The translations under genes were made by a program, and so were the position numbers. The notes beneath the pieces were generated by a model, which was given only the letters and a program-made list of their open reading frames with translations, was not told where the DNA came from and made no database searches. Positions 26,662-35,901 of a DNA stretch of 64,000 bases are shown piece by piece (within the stretch, counting starts at the first letter, position 1; the number at the start of each line of letters is the position of its first letter). The stretch is from Desulfobacterales bacterium (GTDB taxonomy: Bacteria > Desulfobacterota > Desulfobacteria > Desulfobacterales > ETH-SRB1), in the NCBI GenBank assembly GCA_030610995.1, contig JAUWQO010000003.1, positions 732 to 64,731 of the forward strand, given 5' to 3'.

Positions 26662-26970
26662 ATGGTAAAAATTATAATGCAAAAAGTTAACGTCAAATCG
26701 ATTTTTCGTTCATCTCTTTTCTGGGATGCGGATGAAATAGATGCAGATAAACATGCTGTTTATGTAATCGCCAGGGTTCTGGACTATGGGGATGTTGAAG
26801 ATGTGCGAAAAATCAGAGAATTGTATCCCGATGAGAAAATTATAGAAACAATTCGAACCAGACGAGGAATGTTTCCCAAAACAGGAAAATACTGGGCAGT
26901 AAAATTTAATATCCCTTTTAGCGAGGTGGCATGTTTGAAGAAATATTATCAACAGAAGCAATACCTGTAA
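26662..26970 (+). CDS. Small protein resembling the N-terminal companion domain (DUF6922-like) of AbiEii-type nucleotidyltransferase loci
   Basis: The pattern SLFWDADEIDADKHAVYVIARVLDYGDVEDVRKIRELY..KTGKYWAVKFNIP matches my recollection of that family. Not verified. Confidence 0.4.
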   Translation: MVKIIMQKVNVKSIFRSSLFWDADEIDADKHAVYVIARVLDYGDVEDVRKIRELYPDEKIIETIRTRRGMFPKTGKYWAVKFNIPFSEVACLKKYYQQKQYL

Positions 26971-27092
26971 TTGAATCATTGGCCCCTCATTTAGAAACAT
27001 TTTATCTGGCCGGAGGCAGTGGGCTGGCATTACAATTAGGGCACAGGAAATCCAACATAAAATTGTTCGAGAAAGAATTGTTATTGGAGTAA
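26931..27092 (+). pseudogene. Truncated N-terminal fragment of an AbiEii/AbiGii-family nucleotidyltransferase toxin
   Basis: 53-codon ORF, below the track cut-off: MFEEILSTEAIPVIESLAPHLETFYLAGGSGLALQLGHRKSNI... It then stops, whereas full-length family members are several-fold longer. Confidence 0.5.
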
Positions 27093-27270
27093 AAATATTT
27101 AAAAAGAAAGATGTTTGGTCAATTAATTACGTCAAATCAGGAGGTTAATTATACTATGGCGTGGCAGAAACAAGCCGAAAAATGGGCAATCAAAGCCTTA
27201 AAAGCACAATTATCAGCATTTGAAATAAAATATAACCTGCAAATATTGCAGAATAAAAAGCGAAATCGGG
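27093..27270 (+). promoter_or_regulatory. Putative CRISPR leader
   Basis: A+T-rich non-coding stretch directly upstream of repeat 1. Orientation is inferred from the repeat 3' end ATTGAAAC and from the degenerate repeat at the far end of the array. Confidence 0.5.
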
Positions 27271-27960
27271 ATTGAAGAGAAGAATCCATTAAAACAAGGA
27301 TTGAAACAAGCGTTAAGAGATTCGAATGAAGGAAAGGAAAGGGATTGAAGAGAAGAATCCATTAAAACAAGGATTGAAACTCTTTTCCGCCCCGATATGT
27401 CAAACAGGCAAATCCAAATTGAAGAGAAGAATCCATTAAAACAAGGATTGAAACACGATGGCATCGATGACAGACAGTCCGAGACGTTGATTGAAGAGAA
27501 GAATCCATTAAAACAAGGATTGAAACAGAATATGGGAACTACAAGAGGTAATTCTATTCTTATTGAAGAGAAGAATCCATTAAAACAAGGATTGAAACCC
27601 ATCAATTCGCATCCTGCATCAAACCCGTAAATAATTGAAGAGAAGAATCCATTAAAACAAGGATTGAAACTCTGCGCCAATAAGACAATCGGTATTCTTA
27701 ATTCTTATTGAAGAGAAGAATCCATTAAAACAAGGATTGAAACAGGACATACCACGTCAGGTATGCAGAAATAGCTGGCATTGAAGAGAAGAATCCATTA
27801 AAATAAGGATTGAAACCTGCACCTACCTTTGCCCTTGCCTTAGAAAATCTCATTGAAGAGAAGAATCCATTAAAACAAGGATTGAAACTCCATGAGTGGA
27901 CGTGAGCAAACAGGTTCAGCCGCATTAAAGAGAAGATTCCATTAAAACAAGGATTGAAAC
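27271..27960 (+). CRISPR. CRISPR array, 10 repeats of 37 nt and 9 spacers of 35-37 nt
   Basis: Repeat ATTGAAGAGAAGAATCCATTAAAACAAGGATTGAAAC starts at 27271, 27344, 27418, 27490, 27562, 27634, 27707, 27780 (C25T variant), 27852 and 27924 (G4A, A14T). The internal AATCC/GGATT stem is followed by the 8-nt handle ATTGAAAC. Confidence 0.97.
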
Positions 27961-28082
27961 GCCAGTAAAGTACTCATTTCGCAGATCAAGGTAAAACCAT
28001 TTTGTGTAACTATGCGTAATTGCTGGATTCCGGCTTTCGCCGGAATGACAAAAGCTTGTATTTTCGACTTTTTACGATTCCA

Positions 28083-30782
28083 TCAATTATAATTGTCGCT
28101 CATATTGCGTAAAACGTAAGCCAGTATTCCACCATGCCTGTAGTAACTGAGTTCTATTGGAGAATCAATTCTTGCAATAACCCGGAATTCAGTTTTTTTG
28201 CCGTTTTTTCCTTGAGCAAAAACAGTGAGTTCTTTCAAAGGTTCAAATTTATTTTCTATTCCAGCTACTTCATAAATCTCTGTACCATCTAAGCCCAAGG
28301 ATTTATGGTTTTCACCCGGCGCAAACTGAAGAGGCAAAACCCCCATGCACACAAGGTTGCTCCTGTGTATCCGCTCGAAACTTTCAGCAATTACCGCCTT
28401 AACTCCAAGCAAAGCCGTTCCCTTGGCTGCCCAGTCCCGGGAACTGCCGGCGCCGTAGTCGCTGCCTGCCATAATCAGCAGCGGTGTTCCTTGCTTTTGA
28501 TACCGCATGGCAGCTTCATAGATAGACATTTTTTTCCCTTCCGGCAAACAGATGGTCCATCCACCCTCGATGCCGGGCACAAGCCTGTTTTGAAGACGGA
28601 TATTGCCAAATGCGCCCCGAAGCATAACTTCATGATTTCCACGCCGGGATCCAAACGAATTGAAATCCAAAGGGATTACCCCCTGCTTAATAAGATATGC
28701 GCCGGCCGGACCGTCAACAGGGATTGCGCCCGCAGGTGAAATATGGTCTGTTGTAACGCTGTCTCCAAGAAGAGCCAAAATCCTTGCTCCCTTGATATCC
28801 TGAAGCTTTGAAACCTCACGCGTTATTTTTTTAAAAAAAGGCGGCTCCTTGATATAGGTTGATTTTGGATCCCATTTGTAAATCGCTCTTTCAGGAGCCA
28901 AAATCGATTTCCACATGTTTGATCCTTCAAACACCGCTTTATATGCTTTTCTGTATATTTCCGGTTTTATAGTTTTTTTAACAACTTCTCCAATTTCCTC
29001 CGCGCCGGGCCATATTTCACGCAAATATACAGGCTTGCCACTGGAATCAATCGATATGGGTTCCTTTTCAAAATCGATATCCACTCTCCCTGCAATGGCG
29101 TAAGCAACAACCAGTTGCGGCGATGCAAGAAAATTGGCACGGGTCAGGGGAGAAACTCTCCCTTCAAAGTTACGGTTGCCGCTTATCACAGATACGGCTA
29201 CAAGGTTGTGCTCCTTTATAGCGCTTGAAACAGATTCCAGAAGAGGTCCGCTGTTGCCGATACAGGATGCGCATCCATAGGCAACAAGGTTAAACCGCAA
29301 AGCATCAAGATATTGCATCAGCCCCGCAATCTTAAGATATTCTGTAACCACTTTAGAACCAGGCGCCAGGCTGGTTTTAACCCACGGCTTGGTACAAAGC
29401 CCGCGCTCAACAGCCTTTTTTGCCATCAACCCTGCTCCAACCATAACCGACGGATTTGAGGTGTTAGTGCAACTCGTTATTGCCGCTATAACCACACAAC
29501 CGTGACCAAGGCTGCATGTCTTTCCATTAATATTTACCTCAACAGATTCAGCGGGCTGCAAATCTTGAAAATCATGAGTTGTAAATAAATTTTCAAAGCT
29601 CTTTTTCATATTTGAAAGAGGAATCCGCTGCTGGGGACGGCTTGGGCCTGCCAGGCTCGGTTCTATATTACCCATGTCCACATTGATGGTCTCTGTATAG
29701 ATCGGGTCCGGCATTGTCTTGGTTCTGAAAAGGCCCTGTGCTTTGCAATAGTTTTCAACAAGGCTGACACTTTTTTGTGACCGACCTGATAAACGAAGGT
29801 AATTGATTGTTTCATCATCCACAGGAAAAAAACCCATCGTTGCTCCATACTCGGGAGCCATATTGGATATTGTCGCCCGATCTTCACAGCTTAGGCGCTT
29901 TACGCCGGGCCCATAGAATTCAACGAATTTGCCGACCACCCCTTTTTTTCGAAGCAGCTCGGTTATGGTAAGCACAAGATCTGTTGCCGTGGCTCCGTCA
30001 GGAAGCCTGTTGGTCAGACAACATCCAACTACCCGTGGAGTAAGCATAAAATACGGGCTGCCTAACATCACGGCCTCGGCTTCAATTCCGCCGACACCCC
30101 AGCCAAGAACACCGATTCCGTTAATCATGGTAGTGTGGGAATCAAGGCCGACAAGGCTGTCCGGAAAAGCGATCCTTTGCCCATTTTCTGTTTTGATGAA
30201 TATTACTCTTGCCAGGTATTCCAGATTAACCTGATGAATAATGCCTGTTGCCGGAGGCACTACATTAAAATGTTTAAAATTTTTCTGTCCCCAACGCAAA
30301 AAGGCATAACGCTCTGAATTACGTTGAAACTCTTTTTTAACATTATACTCAAAGGATATTGCAGAGCCGAAAGAATCGACCTGAACCGAGTGATCAATTA
30401 CCAGTTCAACAGGGATATTAGGATTGATTTTCACAGGATCAATATTAAGGCGGCTTGCGGCGTCGCGCATAGCAGCCATATCAACGAGAGCCGGAACCCC
30501 TGTAAAATCCTGGAGCAGGATTCTGGCAGGCATGAAAGGCACCTCATTGTTTCCGGAAACCTTTGTATTCCATCTTGCCATATTTTCTATGTCATCGGCA
30601 TTCACGACAATACCGTCTTCATTTCTGAGCAGGTTTTCCAAAAGTATCTTTATGCAAAAAGGAAAACGATCAATACCAGTAAAGCCCGAATCTGCAATTT
30701 TTTTCAAATCATAATATACAACAGGGCCATAAGAGGTGTTAAGAATCGAGCTTGCCCCAAAACTGTTTTTGCATCCTGTCAT
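28083..30782 (-). CDS. acnA: Aconitate hydratase A
   Basis: 899 aa. Aconitase/IRP-type sequence throughout, with Fe-S ligand regions (ITSCTNTSNP, CASCIGNSG). Confidence 0.95.
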   Translation of the reverse strand: MTGCKNSFGASSILNTSYGPVVYYDLKKIADSGFTGIDRFPFCIKILLENLLRNEDGIVVNADDIENMARWNTKVSGNNEVPFMPARILLQDFTGVPALVDMAAMRDAASRLNIDPVKINPNIPVELVIDHSVQVDSFGSAISFEYNVKKEFQRNSERYAFLRWGQKNFKHFNVVPPATGIIHQVNLEYLARVIFIKTENGQRIAFPDSLVGLDSHTTMINGIGVLGWGVGGIEAEAVMLGSPYFMLTPRVVGCCLTNRLPDGATATDLVLTITELLRKKGVVGKFVEFYGPGVKRLSCEDRATISNMAPEYGATMGFFPVDDETINYLRLSGRSQKSVSLVENYCKAQGLFRTKTMPDPIYTETINVDMGNIEPSLAGPSRPQQRIPLSNMKKSFENLFTTHDFQDLQPAESVEVNINGKTCSLGHGCVVIAAITSCTNTSNPSVMVGAGLMAKKAVERGLCTKPWVKTSLAPGSKVVTEYLKIAGLMQYLDALRFNLVAYGCASCIGNSGPLLESVSSAIKEHNLVAVSVISGNRNFEGRVSPLTRANFLASPQLVVAYAIAGRVDIDFEKEPISIDSSGKPVYLREIWPGAEEIGEVVKKTIKPEIYRKAYKAVFEGSNMWKSILAPERAIYKWDPKSTYIKEPPFFKKITREVSKLQDIKGARILALLGDSVTTDHISPAGAIPVDGPAGAYLIKQGVIPLDFNSFGSRRGNHEVMLRGAFGNIRLQNRLVPGIEGGWTICLPEGKKMSIYEAAMRYQKQGTPLLIMAGSDYGAGSSRDWAAKGTALLGVKAVIAESFERIHRSNLVCMGVLPLQFAPGENHKSLGLDGTEIYEVAGIENKFEPLKELTVFAQGKNGKKTEFRVIARIDSPIELSYYRHGGILAYVLRNMSDNYN

Positions 30783-30808
30783 ATCTTTTCCTTAATTTTT
30801 TAGTAATA

Positions 30809-31040
30809 GTTCAGCCACAAAGTCACAAAGACACTAAGATTCTAAAATGATTATTTATTTCTTTTTACCCCGCCATGGCGGGGTAAAAAGTCGTCACTCC
30901 GGTGAAAACCGGAGTCCAGATAGTTTACAACTACTTGAAAGGATCCGCCAGAGCACTTTGGCGAACTTTCGCCGAAATGACGAAAAAAGGTTTTGAAAAA
31001 TATGTCTTTCTTTTGTGACTTGGTGCCTTGGTGGCTGAAC
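30809..31040. repeat. Word-repeat inverted-repeat cassette (CACAAAG family), copy A
   Basis: Left arm GTTCAGCCACAAAGTCACAAAGACACTAAGATTCTAAAATG. Right arm ...CATATTTTTCAAAACC-type sequence ending TTTTGTGACTTGGTGCCTTGGTGGCTGAAC. Both arms recur in inverted order at 52489-52657. Confidence 0.65.
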
Positions 31041-31132
31041 AGTTGCATTTTTTTCTATATCGAAAACTAAAATTTACCAATCGTCAATCGAAAATCAACA
31101 ATATATTTTTTAAATCGTTTCTTTTTTTATTC

Positions 31133-31161
31133 TTGACAAGATTTTGCAAGTTGATTATAAG
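31133..31161 (+). promoter_or_regulatory. Sigma-70-type promoter candidate upstream of the dsr cluster
   Basis: TTGACA (31133-31138), 17-nt spacer, TATAAG (31156-31161). Confidence 0.35.
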
Positions 31162-31401
31162 GCTTAAATCTAAAGTCAAGCCTTATATACTGATTTTTAT
31201 GTTTTAATTATCAATATGAGACCCCTTGAGACCTTTGAAAAATGTCTAATTTTGTTCAAGTTCAAGGAAGGCGAAAATTTTAAACGTAGGAATACATTGA
31301 GTATTTCGAGGCTTAAAATTTGAGCCTGACGCAGTAATTGGGCAAAAGGGGGCGTTTTGCAAAGGTCTCTCTTTGAAAGTGGTTAAGGAACTGTACTGAG
31401 A

Positions 31402-31947
31402 ATGAGGCTAAGCGATCTACTGAAGAAAAAAAAAGCTGGTATTGTTAAAGAGTGGTTTAATATAGTGATTAATACTTATCCTCTCGACACCTCTCGGTTT
31501 CTCAAAAAACAGAAAGATCCTTTTGCCAATCCTGTTGGAAACACCATTTTGCAGGGTTTGGGGCCTCTTTTTGACGAACTCGTTATGGAGATGGATCCTA
31601 ATACCATAACAACTTTTCTCGATCCTATCATCAGGATCAGAGCTGTCCAGGTAATGTTTTCTCCTTCACAAGCTGTTGCCTTTATTTTTTCCCTGAAACA
31701 AGCGGTTAGAAAAAATTTAAAAAAAGAGCTTCGCGATAATGAAATTGTAAACGAGTTGTTACTTTTTGAGTTAAAAATTGACGAGCTTGGATTAATTGCA
31801 TTTGACATTTTTATGAAATGCAGGGAACAGATTTACAATTTCAAGGCATATGAGGAAAGAAACAGAACTTTCAGAGCATTTAAGAGGGCGGGTTTAGTGG
31901 CTGAAATCCCGGAAGCCGAAATCCAGGAAGATAGACCTGTTCATTAA
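31402..31947 (+). CDS. RsbRD N-terminal-domain-like protein
   Basis: 181 aa. The N-terminal pattern LLKKKKAGIVKEWFNIVINTYPLDTSRFLKKQKDPFANPVG resembles that family as I recall it. Located directly upstream of dsrM. Confidence 0.4.
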   Translation: MRLSDLLKKKKAGIVKEWFNIVINTYPLDTSRFLKKQKDPFANPVGNTILQGLGPLFDELVMEMDPNTITTFLDPIIRIRAVQVMFSPSQAVAFIFSLKQAVRKNLKKELRDNEIVNELLLFELKIDELGLIAFDIFMKCREQIYNFKAYEERNRTFRAFKRAGLVAEIPEAEIQEDRPVH

Positions 31948-31998
31948 TTTCAGATACATATTTTAATATACTTTGGATCACACAGCGAGGTAAAGTTA

Positions 31999-32997
31999 AT
32001 GAATGTCAAGTATATGTTTTCCCTCATATCGGTTATTGTGCTGATTCTGATAGCCTATGTGGGAGTTGAGACGGCCGGACTTCAGGTTCTTTTTGGCATT
32101 ATTATACCTTATATAGCCGTACTCATTTTTATTGTGGGTTTTATATATCGTGTAATGGACTGGGCCAGTTCGCCTGTCCCGTTTCGTATTCCCACTACAT
32201 GTGGTCAGCAGAAATCACTTCCCTGGATCAAACAGAACAAGATAGACAATCCCTTTACCACCGGCGGTGTTATTATCCGGATGATGCTGGAAATTTTGTG
32301 TTTCCGTTCATTGTTCAGGAATACGAGGATGTCGTTGAATGAGGGCCCTAAGATTTCCTATGTATGGGAAAAGTGGTTATGGCTTGCGGCATTGGCATTC
32401 CACTATTCTTTCTTAACTGTGCTGATAAGGCATTTGCGGTTTTTTCTCGAACCTGTGCCTGTATGTATACAATGGCTGGAAAAAATTGACGGATTCTTCC
32501 AGATAGGTTTGCCTGGGCTTTTCATATCCGGCGCAGTTCTTCTGGCTGCTGTAACCTTTCTGTTTTTAAGAAGAATCTATCTTCCACAGATGAGATATAT
32601 TTCTCTTGCCGCCGATTTTTTCCCGCTTTTCCTAATTATCAGCATAGCTATTACCGGCATTCTAATGCGTTATTTTACCAAGGTGGATGTTGTGGGTATT
32701 AAAGAACTCGCAATGGGTCTGGCAAGTTTCCATCCTGTAATTCCCGAAGGTATTGGAGTACTTTTTTATATTCATCTGTTCCTTGTTAGTATTCTTTTCA
32801 TATATTTCCCCTTTAGTAAGCTCATGCACATGGGGGGAGTATTTATGAGCCCAACCAGAAACCTGCCAAACAATACCCGCGCTAAAATGCATATCAACCC
32901 GTGGAATTACCCGGTTAAGGTTCATACATATGACGAATATGAAGATGAATTCAGGGAAAAAATGAAAGAAGCTGGACTTCCACTGGAAAAGGAGTGA
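31999..32997 (+). CDS. dsrM: DsrM, NarI-like heme b membrane subunit
   Basis: Polytopic membrane protein in first position of a five-gene cluster with DsrK/J/O/P-like products. Confidence 0.85.
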   Translation: MNVKYMFSLISVIVLILIAYVGVETAGLQVLFGIIIPYIAVLIFIVGFIYRVMDWASSPVPFRIPTTCGQQKSLPWIKQNKIDNPFTTGGVIIRMMLEILCFRSLFRNTRMSLNEGPKISYVWEKWLWLAALAFHYSFLTVLIRHLRFFLEPVPVCIQWLEKIDGFFQIGLPGLFISGAVLLAAVTFLFLRRIYLPQMRYISLAADFFPLFLIISIAITGILMRYFTKVDVVGIKELAMGLASFHPVIPEGIGVLFYIHLFLVSILFIYFPFSKLMHMGGVFMSPTRNLPNNTRAKMHINPWNYPVKVHTYDEYEDEFREKMKEAGLPLEKE

Positions 32998-33004
32998 GTC
33001 GGAA

Positions 33005-34666
33005 ATGAAAATGATAGATTCAAAACAAAGAGCATCAAAATTAAATTATCTGCCTCCAAAAACCGACTGGATGGATACCCCCACCATATATAAAGAGGGA
33101 ATGTATTGCTACGCTGCTAAACCGAGCAGACTCGAATATATGGATTGGCCCTACCCGAAAGATTGGAGTTGCATGGATGAAGACTGGCAGTTGCCGGAAA
33201 ACTGGAAAGAGATCGTTCTTGAAGGGATGAAGGAACGGCTCGAAAAATATAGAACCTTTAAGATTTTCATGGATATCTGTGTGCGGTGCGGAGCATGTGC
33301 TGATAAATGCCATTTCTTTATCGGAACCGGTGATCCAAAAAATATGCCTGTTTTAAGGGCAGAGCTTATCCGTAGCGTATATAGAGGCGAGTTTACAACT
33401 GCAGGAAAACTTCTGGGGAGAATTGGCGGCGCAAGGGAGCTTACCATAGATGTTTTGAAAGAGTGGTGGTACTATCTTTTTCAGTGCACTGAATGCCGGC
33501 GTTGCTCGGTATTCTGTCCTTATGGAATTGATACAGCAGAAATTACCATAATAGGAAGAGAACTCCTTAATCTGCTGGGTCTTAATATAGACTGGATTGC
33601 GGCTCCTGTTGCTTTTTGTTATAGAACCGGTAATCATATGGGAATTCAGCCTCATGCATTTGTTGATATGCTCGATTTTTTCACAGATGAAATAGAAACT
33701 GTTACAGGCGTAAGAATGGAGCAGACTTTCAATAAAAAAGGGGCGGATCTGCTTTTTATCTGCCCATCAGGGGATGTGTTTGGCGATCCAGGCACATTTA
33801 CATGTATGGGATACATGATACTCATGCATTATTTAAGGGAGGTTCACGGGCTTGATATTACATGGAGCACATACGCTTCAGAAGGAGGAAACTTTGGCCT
33901 GTTCACTTCTCATGAAACCATGAAAAGGCTTAACGCAAAAATGTTTGCTGAGGCCAAAAGGCTTAAGGTAAAATGGATTCTTGGAGCAGAATGCGGGCAT
34001 ATGTGGCGGGTTATAAACCAGTATATGGTTACCATGAATGGCCCGGCCGATTTTCTTGAGGAACCTGTCAATCCATTAACCGGCACCAAGTTTGAAAATG
34101 CAAAAGCCACCAAGATGGTTCATATCACTGAATTTCTCTCAGACCTTATCAAACACAAAAAGCTTGATCTTGATCCAAGCCGAAACGATCGTTTAAAGGT
34201 TACTTTTCACGATTCCTGCAATCCTGCCAGGGGCGCTGGCATACTTGAAGAACCCCGGTATGTCATCAAAAACGTTTGCAATCATTTCTATGAAATGCCC
34301 AGAAACTGTATAAGGGAGCAAACCTTTTGCTGTGGTTGCGGGTCTGGCCTGAATGCTGGTGAAGATATGGAACTGAGGATGACCGGTGGTATGCCCAGAG
34401 GCAATGCAGTAAAATATGTTAATGAAAAACACGGTGTAAATATGCTTGCCTGTATATGCGCTATTGACAGGGCAGTACTTCCCACACTTATGGGCTACTG
34501 GGCTCCTGAAGTGGATGTAACCGGTATTTCTGAGATGGTAGCAAATGCATTGATTATACCCGGAGAAAAAGAAAAAACGGAAAACCTGCGCGGTGAACCA
34601 ATATTGCGAAAAGATGTTGATCCCGATGAGTGGTATACACGACCCGATTTTCCGGGCCGAGAATAG
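33005..34666 (+). CDS. dsrK: DsrK, HdrD-like iron-sulfur subunit
   Basis: Two ferredoxin-type clusters (CVRCGACADKC, CTECRRCSVFCP) and CCG-domain cysteines (FHDSCNPARG, TFCCGCGSG). Confidence 0.9.
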   Translation: MKMIDSKQRASKLNYLPPKTDWMDTPTIYKEGMYCYAAKPSRLEYMDWPYPKDWSCMDEDWQLPENWKEIVLEGMKERLEKYRTFKIFMDICVRCGACADKCHFFIGTGDPKNMPVLRAELIRSVYRGEFTTAGKLLGRIGGARELTIDVLKEWWYYLFQCTECRRCSVFCPYGIDTAEITIIGRELLNLLGLNIDWIAAPVAFCYRTGNHMGIQPHAFVDMLDFFTDEIETVTGVRMEQTFNKKGADLLFICPSGDVFGDPGTFTCMGYMILMHYLREVHGLDITWSTYASEGGNFGLFTSHETMKRLNAKMFAEAKRLKVKWILGAECGHMWRVINQYMVTMNGPADFLEEPVNPLTGTKFENAKATKMVHITEFLSDLIKHKKLDLDPSRNDRLKVTFHDSCNPARGAGILEEPRYVIKNVCNHFYEMPRNCIREQTFCCGCGSGLNAGEDMELRMTGGMPRGNAVKYVNEKHGVNMLACICAIDRAVLPTLMGYWAPEVDVTGISEMVANALIIPGEKEKTENLRGEPILRKDVDPDEWYTRPDFPGRE

Positions 34667-34707
34667 GCCGAGAATAGGCCGAGAATAGATGATTTCAGTA
34701 ATGGAGG

Positions 34708-35115
34708 ATGGAACGGATGAATGATAAAAACATAATCATCACCGGTTTGATCATTTTTTTTGTATTCTTGACATTTCCTTTTTGGTATAACATGGGGAAA
34801 GCATCTCCTGTACCTGAGCCAAAACTGACAGACAAGGCAAAGGCTGCAAAAGAATGTGTTGAGCCGAAAGAGTATATGAAGGTTGAGCACATGCAGATAC
34901 TCGATATCTGGAGAGATGGTGTTGTTAGAGAAGCCAACAGGGTTTATATAAACGAAAAAGGCAAGAAGTTTAATATGAGTCTTTCCACCGGAGATGATTC
35001 ATGTACGGGATGCCATTCCAACAAGGCTGATTTTTGTGATAAATGTCACGATTATACATCGGTAACACCTTATTGCTGGGATTGCCACATAGAGCCGCCA
35101 AAGGAGAAGAAGTGA
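34708..35115 (+). CDS. dsrJ: DsrJ, triheme cytochrome c
   Basis: N-terminal membrane anchor plus three CxxCH motifs (CTGCH, CDKCH, CWDCH). The second ATG at 34717 has better spacing from GGAGGA. Confidence 0.85.
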   Translation: MERMNDKNIIITGLIIFFVFLTFPFWYNMGKASPVPEPKLTDKAKAAKECVEPKEYMKVEHMQILDIWRDGVVREANRVYINEKGKKFNMSLSTGDDSCTGCHSNKADFCDKCHDYTSVTPYCWDCHIEPPKEKK

Positions 35116-35894
35116 TGGAAAACAGTAGAAGAAGCTTCTTGAAATTAGCTGGTATTTCAGCCCTTGGTTTAGGGACAAAGCCGGTTCTGAACGCATTTGC
35201 TTCATCTGGCGAAAAACATGGACCTGAAATATTCCCAAATCAGGAGGCGTTGACAGCAAAAAGATGGGCCATGGTTATAGATACCAGAAAGTTCGAGTCG
35301 GAAGAGGATCTCGAACCGATTATTGCAGCCTGTCACAAAATCCACAATGTTCCAAAACTTAAAGAGAAAAGACATAAGATCGACTGGTTATGGACTGACG
35401 ACTTTAAACATGTCTTTACATACCAGGAACATGAATTTGTTAACGATAGAGTAAAACATTTGCCGTTTCTGGTGCTTTGCAATCATTGCGAAAAACCTGC
35501 GTGTGTAAGAGCATGTCCGACCAAGGCAACCTTTCAGCGGGATGACGGAATTGTTCTTATGGACTTTCACAGGTGTATTGGATGCAGATTCTGTATGGCT
35601 GCATGTCCTTATGGATCGAGAAGCTTCAACTTTAGAGATCCACGTCCTTTTATTAGCGAAGAGGATAAGAATTTCCCCACAAGGATGAAAGGGGTTGTGG
35701 AAAAGTGCAATTTCTGCGCTGAAAGGCTGGCTGTTGGAAAAATGCCCGCCTGCGTGGAAGCATCAAACGGAGCAATCGTTGTTGGGGATCTTCACGATCC
35801 TGAGTCTGAAATCAGAGAATTATTGAAAAATAATTATACAATTCGTCGCAAACCGAGTCTTGGCGCTGGACCGGCCATCTACTACATAGTATGA
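35115..35894 (+). CDS. dsrO: DsrO, periplasmic 4Fe-4S ferredoxin-like subunit
   Basis: Start at MENSRRSFLKLAGISALGLG (twin-arginine signal), overlapping the dsrJ stop by 1 nt. Several CxxCxxCxxxCP clusters. Confidence 0.85.
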   Translation: MENSRRSFLKLAGISALGLGTKPVLNAFASSGEKHGPEIFPNQEALTAKRWAMVIDTRKFESEEDLEPIIAACHKIHNVPKLKEKRHKIDWLWTDDFKHVFTYQEHEFVNDRVKHLPFLVLCNHCEKPACVRACPTKATFQRDDGIVLMDFHRCIGCRFCMAACPYGSRSFNFRDPRPFISEEDKNFPTRMKGVVEKCNFCAERLAVGKMPACVEASNGAIVVGDLHDPESEIRELLKNNYTIRRKPSLGAGPAIYYIV

Positions 35895-35901
35895 GGTTAT
35901 T

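Noticed and set aside
27213-27925. ORFs 27213-27680 (-), 27397-27630 (+) and 27725-27925 (-) with the recurring peptide FNPCFNGFFSSI
   Set aside because: They are translations of the CRISPR repeats; the periodic peptide follows the 72-73-nt repeat-spacer period. Not genes.
28305-30803. Plus-strand ORFs inside acnA (28305-28739, 29929-30234, 30324-30803 and others)
   Set aside because: Antisense shadows of a 899-aa aconitase gene with continuous homology.
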